This document shows, piece by piece, positions 1 to 9,055 of a stretch of DNA of 45,539 nucleotides. The notes below the pieces were generated by a model. The model was given only the letters and a program-made list of their open reading frames with translations. It did not search any database and was not told the origin of the DNA. Position 1 is the stretch's first letter, and every line of letters starts with the position of its first letter. The stretch lies in contig JAWXTO010000001.1 in the NCBI GenBank assembly GCA_044433545.1, forward strand, positions 1 to 45,539, in the 5' to 3' direction. Made by a program: the position numbers and the translations under genes. Origin of the DNA: Rikenellaceae bacterium. Its GTDB lineage: Bacteria > Bacteroidota > Bacteroidia > Bacteroidales > Rikenellaceae.

Positions 1-2
1 TT

Positions 3-86
3 GCCTACGTGATGATTGAAGGTCAAATCAAACCCTATGTAGTCTCCTATGTAGATTCTGGTTTTTACAGTCAAAAACCACATTGA
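3..86 (+). CDS. possible 3' end of a CDS entering from upstream of the window (...AYVMIEGQIKPYVVSYVDSGFYSQKPH*)
   Basis: Frame is open from the window edge to TGA at 84-86. It is too short to identify and is not in the ORF track. Confidence 0.2.
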   Translation, partial: AYVMIEGQIKPYVVSYVDSGFYSQKPH

Positions 87-92
87 TAATAA

Positions 93-211
93 GAGAGTTA
101 TGAAGGATTGGGAGTTTACGTGAGTACGCTGCGGTTTGAGAGCCTTCACGAAGCCCCAAAACTCATCCATGTTAGCACTCTCAGTGTTGCATCGCTTTGT
201 TAGTCACTTTC
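93..211 (-). repeat. dispersed repeat family B, copy B1 (expanded, inverted relative to copy B2)
   Basis: 134-164 is the exact reverse complement (31/31) of 29532-29562. Flanks resemble the B2 arms: read on the minus strand, GAAAGTGACTAACAAAGCGA versus GAGAGTGACTAACAAGGCGA. Confidence 0.6.
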
Positions 212-215
212 TTAT

Positions 216-260
216 AAAAAAGGTAATTTACAAACTTAAATTTGTAAATTACCTTTTTTT
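216..260. terminator. bidirectional intrinsic terminator hairpin
   Basis: Perfect 18-bp stem (217-234 AAAAAGGTAATTTACAAA / 241-258 TTTGTAAATTACCTTTTT) with a 6-nt loop. An A-run lies on one side and a T-run on the other. Confidence 0.6.
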
Positions 261-348
261 ATAATTTTTAGAGTCTAATTTCCCCTTATTAATGTAATTA
301 TTAATATTAATTAAATATTAAAATAACATTTAGGTAATAATTCATAGA

Positions 349-356
349 TAATTTTG
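349..356 (+). promoter_or_regulatory. candidate Bacteroidota -7 promoter box TAATTTTG
   Basis: Exact TAnnTTTG match about 33 nt upstream of the ATG at 389. Confidence 0.4.
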
Positions 357-388
357 TAGCGTTAAAATATACAATTTACAAGAATACT

Positions 389-1282
389 ATGGATTTACTT
401 ATTTCTTTATACGACAGACTAAAAAAACTACGTGAGACAGGTGTAAAAATGAAAGACATTGCAGAAATTGCAGGTGTTTATTCTAGCGTTCTATCTTCGT
501 TGTACTCTTCTGTATTACCACACTATGCTAACCTTTGTGCCTCCGGTGCAGACACAGATTCTGCACTTGACGAGGCATTAAAACAAGTTAATAACATCTC
601 TAAACGTAAGTTATTAAGCTGTATAAACGATATACACGAAAAAGTAATGAGAATTGAACCTCATTACACATCTTCAAACAACGGATATTCCCCATTTGTT
701 GACAACATATATAAAGAAACTGCAAAATATACTAAGAATGTATCGTCGTATGCAGGCCTATATACTGCCTACAGCGCATCTTCTTATTGTGACGGGATGA
801 AAAGTGAGCCTTATCTTATTTGCTCTATAAATGAAGGCGAAAACATGCCACGTGTTTACAGCAAAATACCAACAGGCGAAACAAGTATAGGTGCAGGAAT
901 GTTTCCTCAAAACAATTTAGGCTATATTTTTGTTAATGAAACGAAAATGGTAAGCATCGCATTAAAGGTATTGTATCTTCAGCTTCCAACAATTAGCCAG
1001 CCTCAATTTATTAAAGGCATTTACCTTTGTCACGACTATAATCGCAGCCCTATAGCTCGTCGCATTGTGTTAGTACGTGAAGGAAACGAGATTCCTGTTG
1101 AAGAATTTGAAAAGAATTTTGAATCAAAGGTCATCTTTAAAGACAACATAGATGAAAGCCTAAAACAATATTATGATTATACTTGCCAAAGTGAAGATTT
1201 AATTAGAAGCTTTTTTATAATGTCTCCTGACAAGAACGTAAACGACTTAGAATTAGAAAAGAAAATGTTACAATTGCTATAA
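389..1282 (+). CDS. hypothetical protein with a possible N-terminal helix-turn-helix (MKDIAEIAGVYSSVLSSL)
   Basis: 297-aa ORF with its own promoter box and a downstream terminator. I recognise no catalytic motif. Confidence 0.7.
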   Translation: MDLLISLYDRLKKLRETGVKMKDIAEIAGVYSSVLSSLYSSVLPHYANLCASGADTDSALDEALKQVNNISKRKLLSCINDIHEKVMRIEPHYTSSNNGYSPFVDNIYKETAKYTKNVSSYAGLYTAYSASSYCDGMKSEPYLICSINEGENMPRVYSKIPTGETSIGAGMFPQNNLGYIFVNETKMVSIALKVLYLQLPTISQPQFIKGIYLCHDYNRSPIARRIVLVREGNEIPVEEFEKNFESKVIFKDNIDESLKQYYDYTCQSEDLIRSFFIMSPDKNVNDLELEKKMLQLL

Positions 1283-1304
1283 AGGACTATTCCATATCTT
1301 ATGC

Positions 1305-1409
1305 AGGGTGATGCCCAAAACTAAGACATTTAAATAAAGGTATTTTATCTAAAATATCTTAGTTTAACTATCTAGGAATCACCGATGTATTAGTTTCGGG
1401 CATCACCCT
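1305..1409. repeat. dispersed repeat family C, copy C1: 105-nt element with 20-nt terminal inverted repeats (MITE-like or structured RNA)
   Basis: 1305-1324 AGGGTGATGCCCAAAACTAA pairs with 1390-1409 TTAGTTTCGGGCATCACCCT (19/20). The left arm and adjacent interior recur at 45333-45380. Confidence 0.65.
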
Positions 1410-1427
1410 AAAAACCTTAAGAATTAA

Positions 1428-1470
1428 AATACCCCTTAAAAGTTAAATAAAATAGCTTTTAAGGGGTATT
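1428..1470. terminator. bidirectional terminator between convergent genes
   Basis: Perfect 15-bp stem (AATACCCCTTAAAAG / CTTTTAAGGGGTATT) with a 13-nt loop. Confidence 0.7.
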
Positions 1471-1504
1471 TTAGACTGTATCGTCTATTAAAAGAAGTAG
1501 TGCC

Positions 1505-2926
1505 CTAGAGGTTGTCGTTTCTGAAAGGGATTAGTGGAAGTCCGTTAGTGCCCTGTACTCCACATGTTGATGAGTCGTCGAATAGATAGCGAACGTAAAT
1601 AGGTGATTTTACGCTTTTTGAACTTAATGTGATAGTGTTAGAGTCTAGTTTAACATTAGCATCTACAAAAATGCCGTCCTCACCAGCGATTTTAAATCCG
1701 CTGCTGCTTTTTTCATCTAATAGAACTATGCCGTTGTCACAATTGTTAAAAGTGACAATAATCTTTTTATCACAAACAGTTATATCACCAACTTCTGGGT
1801 ACTTAGAATCATATCCTTCCATCATATAATGACGACTTAAAGCCATGTCTGCAAGTCTTGCACCTACTTGAGGCTTAGTTTTAGGGTGTATGTTGGTTAC
1901 GTCCTCAATTATGTCATTGATTACGACCATCCCGCAATTATCATGTGATGCAGTCATTAACTGTTGTTCACGTAGATAAGCCGATTTGTCTTTACTTACG
2001 CTGCTGTATGTGTGAGGTGCAATTTGTACGAAATAGAAAGGCATATTTTCGGTGAAATCTTCTCTCCAACTGTCAATTAATGACCTCATAATGCTGTCAT
2101 AATATTGGTAATATGGCACATTGCTTTCTCCTTGATACCAAAGTGTACCACTGAAATCAAATGGCACTAAAGGGTAAATCATAGAGTTATATAATTTGCC
2201 CGTTTGTGTAGGTTTCCATAGGCGGTTCCCTGCAACTTTATTACACTTGTCAAGAGCCTCAGTTTGTGCTCTTTCAGGAATCCATACTTCGGCGTTAGTG
2301 CCACCCCACGAGCTCATAACAATGCCCACAGGTATGTTTAATTCTTCTTGTAGTTTCTTTGCAAAGAAATATGCCGTAAGACTTACATCTGAGATTGTTT
2401 TAGAAGAACATTCTTCCCAATTGGCTTTACAGTCAATTTGTGGAGTGTCAGCACCAATTAAAGGCACTCTAAAAGTTCTAATTTGAGGATTATTAACCGT
2501 TGCCATTTCGTTAGCAAATTCTACTTCTGTGCCAAAAAGTGAAGACATAGACATCTGCATATTAGACTGTCCACTACACAGCCAAACCTCACCAATTAGC
2601 ACGTTAGAAATTAGTTTCTGAGAGGTTTTTCCAACGATTTTTATAATGTAAGGACCTCCTGCTTCGGGAGTGTTGATTTCAGCAAGGAATTTCCCGTTAG
2701 GGTCACATTTTACTCTTACTGTGTCAGATAAATTCCACTCTGCAACCACATAAACTTCATCTGCTGATTTGCCCCATCCCCAAATTTTTGCTGTAGAATT
2801 GCGTTTTAATACCATGTTGTCACTTATGACAGCAGGTGTTACTATTTGGGCATAAATACAATTAACAGCGACTAGAATAATCGCTGTTAAACTTATAAAA
2901 AACTTTATTGTGCTTTTAGTTTTCAT
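1505..2926 (-). CDS. sialate O-acetylesterase-like (SGNH/DUF303) secreted esterase
   Basis: Signal peptide, the GEVWLCSGQSNMQ (GQSNM) motif, and a length typical of the family. Confidence 0.85.
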   Translation of the reverse strand: MKTKSTIKFFISLTAIILVAVNCIYAQIVTPAVISDNMVLKRNSTAKIWGWGKSADEVYVVAEWNLSDTVRVKCDPNGKFLAEINTPEAGGPYIIKIVGKTSQKLISNVLIGEVWLCSGQSNMQMSMSSLFGTEVEFANEMATVNNPQIRTFRVPLIGADTPQIDCKANWEECSSKTISDVSLTAYFFAKKLQEELNIPVGIVMSSWGGTNAEVWIPERAQTEALDKCNKVAGNRLWKPTQTGKLYNSMIYPLVPFDFSGTLWYQGESNVPYYQYYDSIMRSLIDSWREDFTENMPFYFVQIAPHTYSSVSKDKSAYLREQQLMTASHDNCGMVVINDIIEDVTNIHPKTKPQVGARLADMALSRHYMMEGYDSKYPEVGDITVCDKKIIVTFNNCDNGIVLLDEKSSSGFKIAGEDGIFVDANVKLDSNTITLSSKSVKSPIYVRYLFDDSSTCGVQGTNGLPLIPFRNDNL

Positions 2927-2951
2927 GATATGTAATTTTGTAGGTCTATTG

Positions 2952-4028
2952 TTACAAAGTGCTTAGATACTCGTTTTCGTAGTCTACTGCTGTGTAATAA
3001 TAGTTAAAGATTCTATCGTATATATAATAAGTGTAGTTGTACGAAATGGCAGTTGTTATATATCCAGAGTCTAGCCCAAATTTAGAATAACTATTTATGC
3101 CTCTTTTTCTTAACATCCCTACAAGGTAGTCATAAGTGCAATAGCCGTGACAATTATAGATTGTTCCTAAGATTTTCCCTGATTCAATTTCTTCACAATA
3201 AGAACTCCCAGCTGCATAGTATTCAACATTTTCGTTCAAGTAGTCATAAACTCCATAGTTTGCTTCTTCAGCGAATGCAAATACGAAGCTAGCTCCAGTT
3301 TTTAAGTTATTAGCAGCATAGTCGTATGCTTCTGTTGTCATTGTTCGACCTTCTGCTTCACTGACAGTAGATAAATATGATGGAGTTACAGTTTTACCTC
3401 CTAAATATTGAAATCCTAATGTATATCCTGCTAAAGCCTCATCATATTTGTCATTTTGATATGCGCCTAAGAATAGACATTCTTTGTCCTCTGTCCAAAT
3501 ATAACCCATATTACCTATTAAGAAAGATGCTCCATAAGTACATAGTTCGTAAGAGTAAACAGGAAGAGTTTTGCCAATATCACTACCACATACTAGAATT
3601 TGTTGGCTACCTATATTAGATTGATATTGTGTTAACATATCGTCATAAAGATTTGTAGCTATGATGATGATAGTGTTGTCAGTGTCGCTTTCGCTTAACC
3701 AAGATAAATATGTTTCTTCGGCTTCTTCGTATGATTCTGGTATTACATATTCTAAAGAGAAGTCATATTTAATTTTACAACTTTTAACAAGTGAAAGTAT
3801 ATCTTGAGAATCGTTATCTCTTGTAGTTTCTTCTTCGTCACTGCTTACAATGTCATCTTCATCATCGCTTGTGTCTTCATCGTATGGGTCAACATCTTCT
3901 GAAGTGTCCTCTTCAACAAAAGCATTAGGCATAAAAAGAACTTTTACACTAACATAGTCATATTCGCCCTTATCAGAACAGCTATATAATGTTGTTAAAA
4001 AGATCAAAATAATTAGTATTCGTTTCAT
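2952..4028 (-). CDS. lipoprotein with an acidic D/E/S linker. The C-terminal domain is possibly BMP/periplasmic-binding-like, which is tentative.
   Basis: Lipobox LYSC followed by the acidic tract EDTSEDVDPYDEDTSDDEDDIVSSDEEE. Confidence 0.75.
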   Translation of the reverse strand: MKRILIILIFLTTLYSCSDKGEYDYVSVKVLFMPNAFVEEDTSEDVDPYDEDTSDDEDDIVSSDEEETTRDNDSQDILSLVKSCKIKYDFSLEYVIPESYEEAEETYLSWLSESDTDNTIIIIATNLYDDMLTQYQSNIGSQQILVCGSDIGKTLPVYSYELCTYGASFLIGNMGYIWTEDKECLFLGAYQNDKYDEALAGYTLGFQYLGGKTVTPSYLSTVSEAEGRTMTTEAYDYAANNLKTGASFVFAFAEEANYGVYDYLNENVEYYAAGSSYCEEIESGKILGTIYNCHGYCTYDYLVGMLRKRGINSYSKFGLDSGYITTAISYNYTYYIYDRIFNYYYTAVDYENEYLSTL

Positions 4029-4077
4029 AAATTTTTAGTTATGCACCACCTTTAGGTGCGATTATGGATTAAATTGT

Positions 4078-5730
4078 TTATTCTAAAATATTGTTATAAA
4101 CTTGCATGTCACTAAGGATAGATGTTGCAATGGTTACGCCTTTGTCGTCTCTTATTAAGTGTCTAATAGAGCCTTTTGCATAATGATACATTCTTACTAT
4201 CATGTTTGACATATAACTTTCAAGAAGTTCTTTATTTTCTTCAAGAAGTTCATCATTGTCGACAACGATTTTAGCCTTTATTTGTTCAATATAAGGTAAT
4301 ATCTCATCGTAATGACCCTCTGCTTTAGCCTTTTTTATAAATTTATCTAAGCTGTCATCTGACTCATAGCTATATTTTAAATCTTTTGATTCTAAAGATT
4401 TCTTAAATTTAGCCCAATCTTCATCTGACAATTTAAATGTGTCTACATCAGGAATTTCTTTATTTTTAGAGTAATAGTCATACACAAAATCGTCTAAATA
4501 ACCTGTAATACACATATACGAATAAAAACGACTTGCTATGCTAGGCTCATAAACCGAGTCAGGCAAAATGCCACCTCCGTCATATACTTTACGGCCTTTT
4601 AAAGTCTCAAATTCAGACTTTAAAGAGTCAGGAACTACGCCTACACTTCCATCTTTGTCTCGGTGAGAGTAGTCTAATGCTTGTATACAACGTCCACTTG
4701 GTATATAATATTTTGCTGTAGTAACTTTTATTGAAGAATCATAGCCTACACCTACTGTAGATTGTACTAAACCTTTACCAAAAGTTCTTTGTCCGATAAC
4801 GACTCCTCTGTCTAGGTCTTGGATAGCTCCTGCGACGATTTCACTTGCTGAAGCAGAGCTTTTATTTACCATAACTACAAGAGGAATGTCTGGCAATATT
4901 GGTGAATGTTGAGTGACATAACTTTCATCTTTAATATATCCTGCTCGACCTTTTACGTCTACAACTTTGCTGCCTTTAGGGACAAAAAATGATACTAATT
5001 TAGTAGCTTCAGTTAATAATCCACCACCGTTAGAGCGTAAATCAATTATCAAGGATGTCATTCCTTGACTTTTTAATGAATTGATAGCATTTCGCACTTC
5101 TTCAGAACAATTTTCAGAAAATGTGATTAAAGAAATATAACCTATGCCACCTTCTAACAATTCATAATAGTCTACAGCATCTAAAGAAATTTGTTGACGA
5201 CGAATTGTTAAAGTGTCACGTAATGTTGTGTCTCTCACAGGAGCGACAACCATTTCTAAGGTCGTTCCAGGGTCACCTTTCATTAAATTACTTACCTCAT
5301 CAAGAGGTTTGTTTTTTAAATTTATGCCATCAATGAAAAGAATTTTGTCTCCTGCTTTCAAGCCAGCTTTATCTGCGGGTGCATCCTTGTAAACTTCTGC
5401 AATTTGAGTCGCAGTAGAGTCATTATAGTGACGACGAATTATAGAACCTAGCCCACCATACTTTCCTGAAACTGAAATTAAAAACTCTTTAGAATCTTCT
5501 GCGTCATAATATTCTGTGTAAGGGTCTAGTTCTGAAAACATTGCCTTGATAGCTGTTTTTATTGCTTTTTCAGTGTTTACGGTGTCTACATAATTTAAAA
5601 CAACACTATTGTAAACGTTGAAAAATAGTTCAATGTTTTTCCCATCTTCAAAATCACTGTTTTGAGCTTTTAACGATGATGTACAAAGCAATGAAAGTGA
5701 AATTGCTAAAAATATTTTGTTTTTAAACAT
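4078..5730 (-). CDS. S41 family C-terminal processing peptidase
   Basis: Signal peptide, PDZ-like segment, and the motifs RSNGGG and SASASEIVAGAIQD. Confidence 0.9.
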   Translation of the reverse strand: MFKNKIFLAISLSLLCTSSLKAQNSDFEDGKNIELFFNVYNSVVLNYVDTVNTEKAIKTAIKAMFSELDPYTEYYDAEDSKEFLISVSGKYGGLGSIIRRHYNDSTATQIAEVYKDAPADKAGLKAGDKILFIDGINLKNKPLDEVSNLMKGDPGTTLEMVVAPVRDTTLRDTLTIRRQQISLDAVDYYELLEGGIGYISLITFSENCSEEVRNAINSLKSQGMTSLIIDLRSNGGGLLTEATKLVSFFVPKGSKVVDVKGRAGYIKDESYVTQHSPILPDIPLVVMVNKSSASASEIVAGAIQDLDRGVVIGQRTFGKGLVQSTVGVGYDSSIKVTTAKYYIPSGRCIQALDYSHRDKDGSVGVVPDSLKSEFETLKGRKVYDGGGILPDSVYEPSIASRFYSYMCITGYLDDFVYDYYSKNKEIPDVDTFKLSDEDWAKFKKSLESKDLKYSYESDDSLDKFIKKAKAEGHYDEILPYIEQIKAKIVVDNDELLEENKELLESYMSNMIVRMYHYAKGSIRHLIRDDKGVTIATSILSDMQVYNNILE

Positions 5731-5759
5731 TATATAACCATTAAAATTACTAAGCCAGA

Positions 5760-6227
5760 TTAATTTTCTTTAGCCTGGTTTATTAAATGTGACTGTATTC
5801 TGTACACTGCAATTGTGACTTGTTTTCTGTTGCCTGTAAGTGTTTTGTTTGCAGCGTTATATTCTAGTTTATCTTCAAACTGCATACCTAATCTTTTGAA
5901 AATACCTTTAGCCTTAAAGATTGTGATGTCTCCATTAGTAGAAATCGCTTTAAAACCTAGTAAATTCATAATGTCTTTAATTGCAGTTTCTTTGCCTGTA
6001 GTGTCTGCTGTGATTTCACGTGTTGTGTAACCAATTAAAGGGTGAACGGCACTTAACACCACAACAAGCCCTAACATAAGCAATCCACTTTGTGTCATTA
6101 GCATTTCTCGTAAACTAGCAAAACTAATTACAATTGCGCCAGTCGATGACATCACTACAAAAATTAATAGGTAAAGGACTGTTAAAAAAATAAAGTATTT
6201 TATTGCTCTAATTGTGTAACGTTTCAT
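5760..6227 (-). CDS. small membrane protein of unknown function
   Basis: Two predicted hydrophobic helices in the N-terminal half. No motif recognised. Confidence 0.65.
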   Translation of the reverse strand: MKRYTIRAIKYFIFLTVLYLLIFVVMSSTGAIVISFASLREMLMTQSGLLMLGLVVVLSAVHPLIGYTTREITADTTGKETAIKDIMNLLGFKAISTNGDITIFKAKGIFKRLGMQFEDKLEYNAANKTLTGNRKQVTIAVYRIQSHLINQAKEN

Positions 6228-6236
6228 AATAAATAT

Positions 6237-6244
6237 TAATTTTG
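6237..6244 (+). promoter_or_regulatory. candidate -7 box TAATTTTG upstream of comF-like gene
   Basis: Exact TAnnTTTG match in the divergent intergenic region. Confidence 0.35.
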
Positions 6245-6320
6245 TGAATAATAGAAATAATCAACCTTAAATAGTATAACTCAAAAAATTAACTTTTATT
6301 TTAATCAATCAGTCAATATT

Positions 6321-7052
6321 TTGAATATTTTTTCGACCATAAAGATACTGTTTTTTCCTGAAATATGTATATGTTGCGGAAGAAAACTTCTAAAATCTGA
6401 ACATTCGTTGTGTGTTCACTGTCTTGTTAATCTCCCAATGTCAAGGGATTGGCTTGTAAAAGAGAACGATACGTTTATAAAAATCTGTGACCGCACTATA
6501 ATAGAAAACGCCTGTGCCGTGTTTGAATATCGCAAAGAAAATGACTATTCTAGGATGATTCACAAGCTTAAATTCAGTTATGAGAAGAAGGCGTTGTTTG
6601 ATTTAGGAAGTTTTATAGGGAATAAACTCTATGATGAAACGCATTGGCTAGCCGACATAGACCTTATTATCCCTGTGCCTTTACACAAATTTCGCAAATT
6701 AAAACGTGGGTACAATCAATCCGAAGAATTTAGTCGTGGTTTGAACGAAACTTTTGGCAAAGAAATAGATTCTACATCCATAATTAGAAGCAAATATCGC
6801 AAAGCACAGGTGAAAACCAGCAGTTTTGAAGAAAGATGGACGAATGCTGAAAACTTGTTTAGTGTTGTTGATAAAGAAAACCTTGAAGGCAAACATATAC
6901 TTATAGTTGACGATGTTATAACCACTGGCGCAACTGTGATTTCTTTGATAGAGGCGATAAAAGAGAGTGTTTCTGATGTTAAAATTTATGTTTTGGCGTT
7001 AAGTTCTACAAAAAAAGTTGTTAAGACAATAGCCACGGGGACAGAATACTAA
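6321..7052 (+). CDS. comF: ComF family phosphoribosyltransferase-domain protein (TTG start)
   Basis: N-terminal Cys pairs (CICCGRKL, CVHC) and the PRTase motif ILIVDDVITTGAT. Confidence 0.8.
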   Translation: MNIFSTIKILFFPEICICCGRKLLKSEHSLCVHCLVNLPMSRDWLVKENDTFIKICDRTIIENACAVFEYRKENDYSRMIHKLKFSYEKKALFDLGSFIGNKLYDETHWLADIDLIIPVPLHKFRKLKRGYNQSEEFSRGLNETFGKEIDSTSIIRSKYRKAQVKTSSFEERWTNAENLFSVVDKENLEGKHILIVDDVITTGATVISLIEAIKESVSDVKIYVLALSSTKKVVKTIATGTEY

Positions 7053-7244
7053 AGATTCAGGGGACTTATAATTATTTTGTGGTTTAGTGCTAGCGAAAAT
7101 CCAAATAAAATTCGTACCTTTGTACAGTGTTTTGTGTGTGTTGCAGGATACTGTGAAATACACGCTAAAAAACTATCTACCGTTTATATGTTTAGGGGAT
7201 TTCTAATAATTCCCTAAAATACTTTTCCAAAATTTCTCACTCTC

Positions 7245-7304
7245 TTTTGACTTTTACAATAAGTCAAGTAGGAGTCACTACGAGCCATTTTGTAAAAGTC
7301 AAAA
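7245..7304 (+). other. perfect 15-bp inverted repeat with a nested hairpin in the long guaA upstream region
   Basis: 7245-7259 TTTTGACTTTTACAA pairs with 7290-7304 TTGTAAAAGTCAAAA. The 30-nt loop contains GTAG-GAGTCA-CTAC. Confidence 0.5.
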
Positions 7305-7370
7305 TAGAATAAAAACTTTTTAAAAATTAAAATCAGGGAGTTTTTAGAAGTCCCCTTTATAAATATAAAT

Positions 7371-8900
7371 ATGCAAGAAAAAATATTAATTTTAGACTTT
7401 GGGTCTCAATACACTCAACTTATTGCACGCCGTGTAAGAGAGCTGAATGTTTATTGTGAAATTCATCCATTCTCTAAGATACCAAAATTAGACGAATCGT
7501 TTAAAGGTGTGATTTTGTCTGGTAGTCCTTCGAGTGTAAGAGATGAGAAAGCTCCTCAAGTTGATTTATCGGCTATTAAAGGAACGCTTCCTTTGTTAGG
7601 TGTGTGTTACGGAGCACAATATTTAGCTCACAATTTTGGTGGAGAAGTAGCTCCTTCAAACAGTCGTGAATATGGACGTGCTATGCTTACAAAAGTTATA
7701 GACAACGACCCTCTTATCGCAACTATGAGCAAAACAACTCAAGTTTGGATGTCTCATGGAGATACTATTGCTCGTATCCCAGAATCTTATAAAATTATTG
7801 CAAGCACTGAGGATGTAGCTGTTGCAGCTTTCCACATCGAGGGCGAACAAAGTTGGGGGATTCAATTCCACCCAGAAGTTTATCACTCTGAAGAGGGAAA
7901 AGAACTTATAAAATCGTTCGTTTGTGACATTTGTGGATGTGCAGGTGACTGGACACCAGCTTCTTTCGTAGAAAACTGTGTGGCAGAACTTAAAAGCCAG
8001 CTTAAAGATGACAAAGTTATCTTAGGTCTTTCAGGAGGTGTTGACTCTTCTGTTGCGGCTGAACTGCTTCACCGTGCAATTGGCGATAACCTTATCTGTA
8101 TCTTTGTTGATATGGGTCTTTTACGTAAAAACGAATTTGAAGAGGTTCTTGTTTCTTATGAAACTATGGGTCTTAACGTTATCGGCGTGAGAGCAGGTGA
8201 CAAATTCTTAGCTGACCTTAAAGGCATCAGCGACCCTGAAGGAAAACGCAAAATCATAGGTCGTGATTTTATTGAAGTTTTTGATGCTGAAGCTCAGAAG
8301 ATTACAGATGCTAAATGGTTAGCACAAGGAACAATATATCCTGATGTTATCGAGAGTGTTTCTGTGAATGGTCCTTCTGTGACTATCAAATCTCACCACA
8401 ACGTTGGAGGTCTTCCTGAAAAAATGAACCTTAAAATCGTTGAGCCATTACGTCTTTTATTTAAAGATGAGGTTCGCCGTATAGGTCGTGAAATGAAAGT
8501 TCCAGAAAACATATTAAGCCGTCACCCATTCCCAGGTCCTGGTCTAGGTATCAGAATCTTAGGTGAGGTTACAGCTGAAAAAGTAGAGATTCTTCAAAAT
8601 GCTGACCGCATCTTCATCGACAGCCTTAAAGAAAGTGGCCTTTATGATGATGTATGGCAAGCTGGCGTTATGTTACTTCCAGTACAAAGTGTTGGTGTAA
8701 TGGGCGATGAGAGAACTTATGAAAGTTGTGTAGCTCTTAGAGCCGTAACGTCTACTGATGGTATGACTGCTGACTGGGTTCACCTACCATACGAATTCTT
8801 AGCTAAAGTTTCTAACGAAATCATAAATAAAGTTAGAGGTATCAATAGAGTAGTTTATGATATTAGCTCTAAACCACCTGCAACTATCGAGTGGGAATAG
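7371..8900 (+). CDS. guaA: GMP synthase (glutamine-hydrolysing)
   Basis: GATase domain, the SGGVDSS PP-loop, and the C-terminal end ...PPATIEWE. Confidence 0.97.
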   Translation: MQEKILILDFGSQYTQLIARRVRELNVYCEIHPFSKIPKLDESFKGVILSGSPSSVRDEKAPQVDLSAIKGTLPLLGVCYGAQYLAHNFGGEVAPSNSREYGRAMLTKVIDNDPLIATMSKTTQVWMSHGDTIARIPESYKIIASTEDVAVAAFHIEGEQSWGIQFHPEVYHSEEGKELIKSFVCDICGCAGDWTPASFVENCVAELKSQLKDDKVILGLSGGVDSSVAAELLHRAIGDNLICIFVDMGLLRKNEFEEVLVSYETMGLNVIGVRAGDKFLADLKGISDPEGKRKIIGRDFIEVFDAEAQKITDAKWLAQGTIYPDVIESVSVNGPSVTIKSHHNVGGLPEKMNLKIVEPLRLLFKDEVRRIGREMKVPENILSRHPFPGPGLGIRILGEVTAEKVEILQNADRIFIDSLKESGLYDDVWQAGVMLLPVQSVGVMGDERTYESCVALRAVTSTDGMTADWVHLPYEFLAKVSNEIINKVRGINRVVYDISSKPPATIEWE

Positions 8901-8902
8901 TC

Positions 8903-8939
8903 AAAAAGGCTTACATCGTTATGATGTAGGCCTTTTTTT
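8903..8939 (+). terminator. intrinsic terminator of guaA
   Basis: Stem AAAAAGGCTTACATC / GATGTAGGCCTTTTT followed by a T-run. Confidence 0.75.
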
Positions 8940-9055
8940 ATGTTATTTTTCGTTCTCTACTTTTTTGGAAATTAGGGTGTCAAGTTGAGAATTGGTTTTC
9001 TGGATGCGGAGTATTGTGCTATATAATCCATTAAGAGAGGCTGTGCCTCTGCCTT

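Noticed and set aside
7127-7370. Purine (guanine) riboswitch upstream of guaA
   Set aside because: Only a short CTACC-like piece (7178-7185) resembles the J2/3 consensus. I could not find the P2/P3 loop-loop sequences or the three-way junction.
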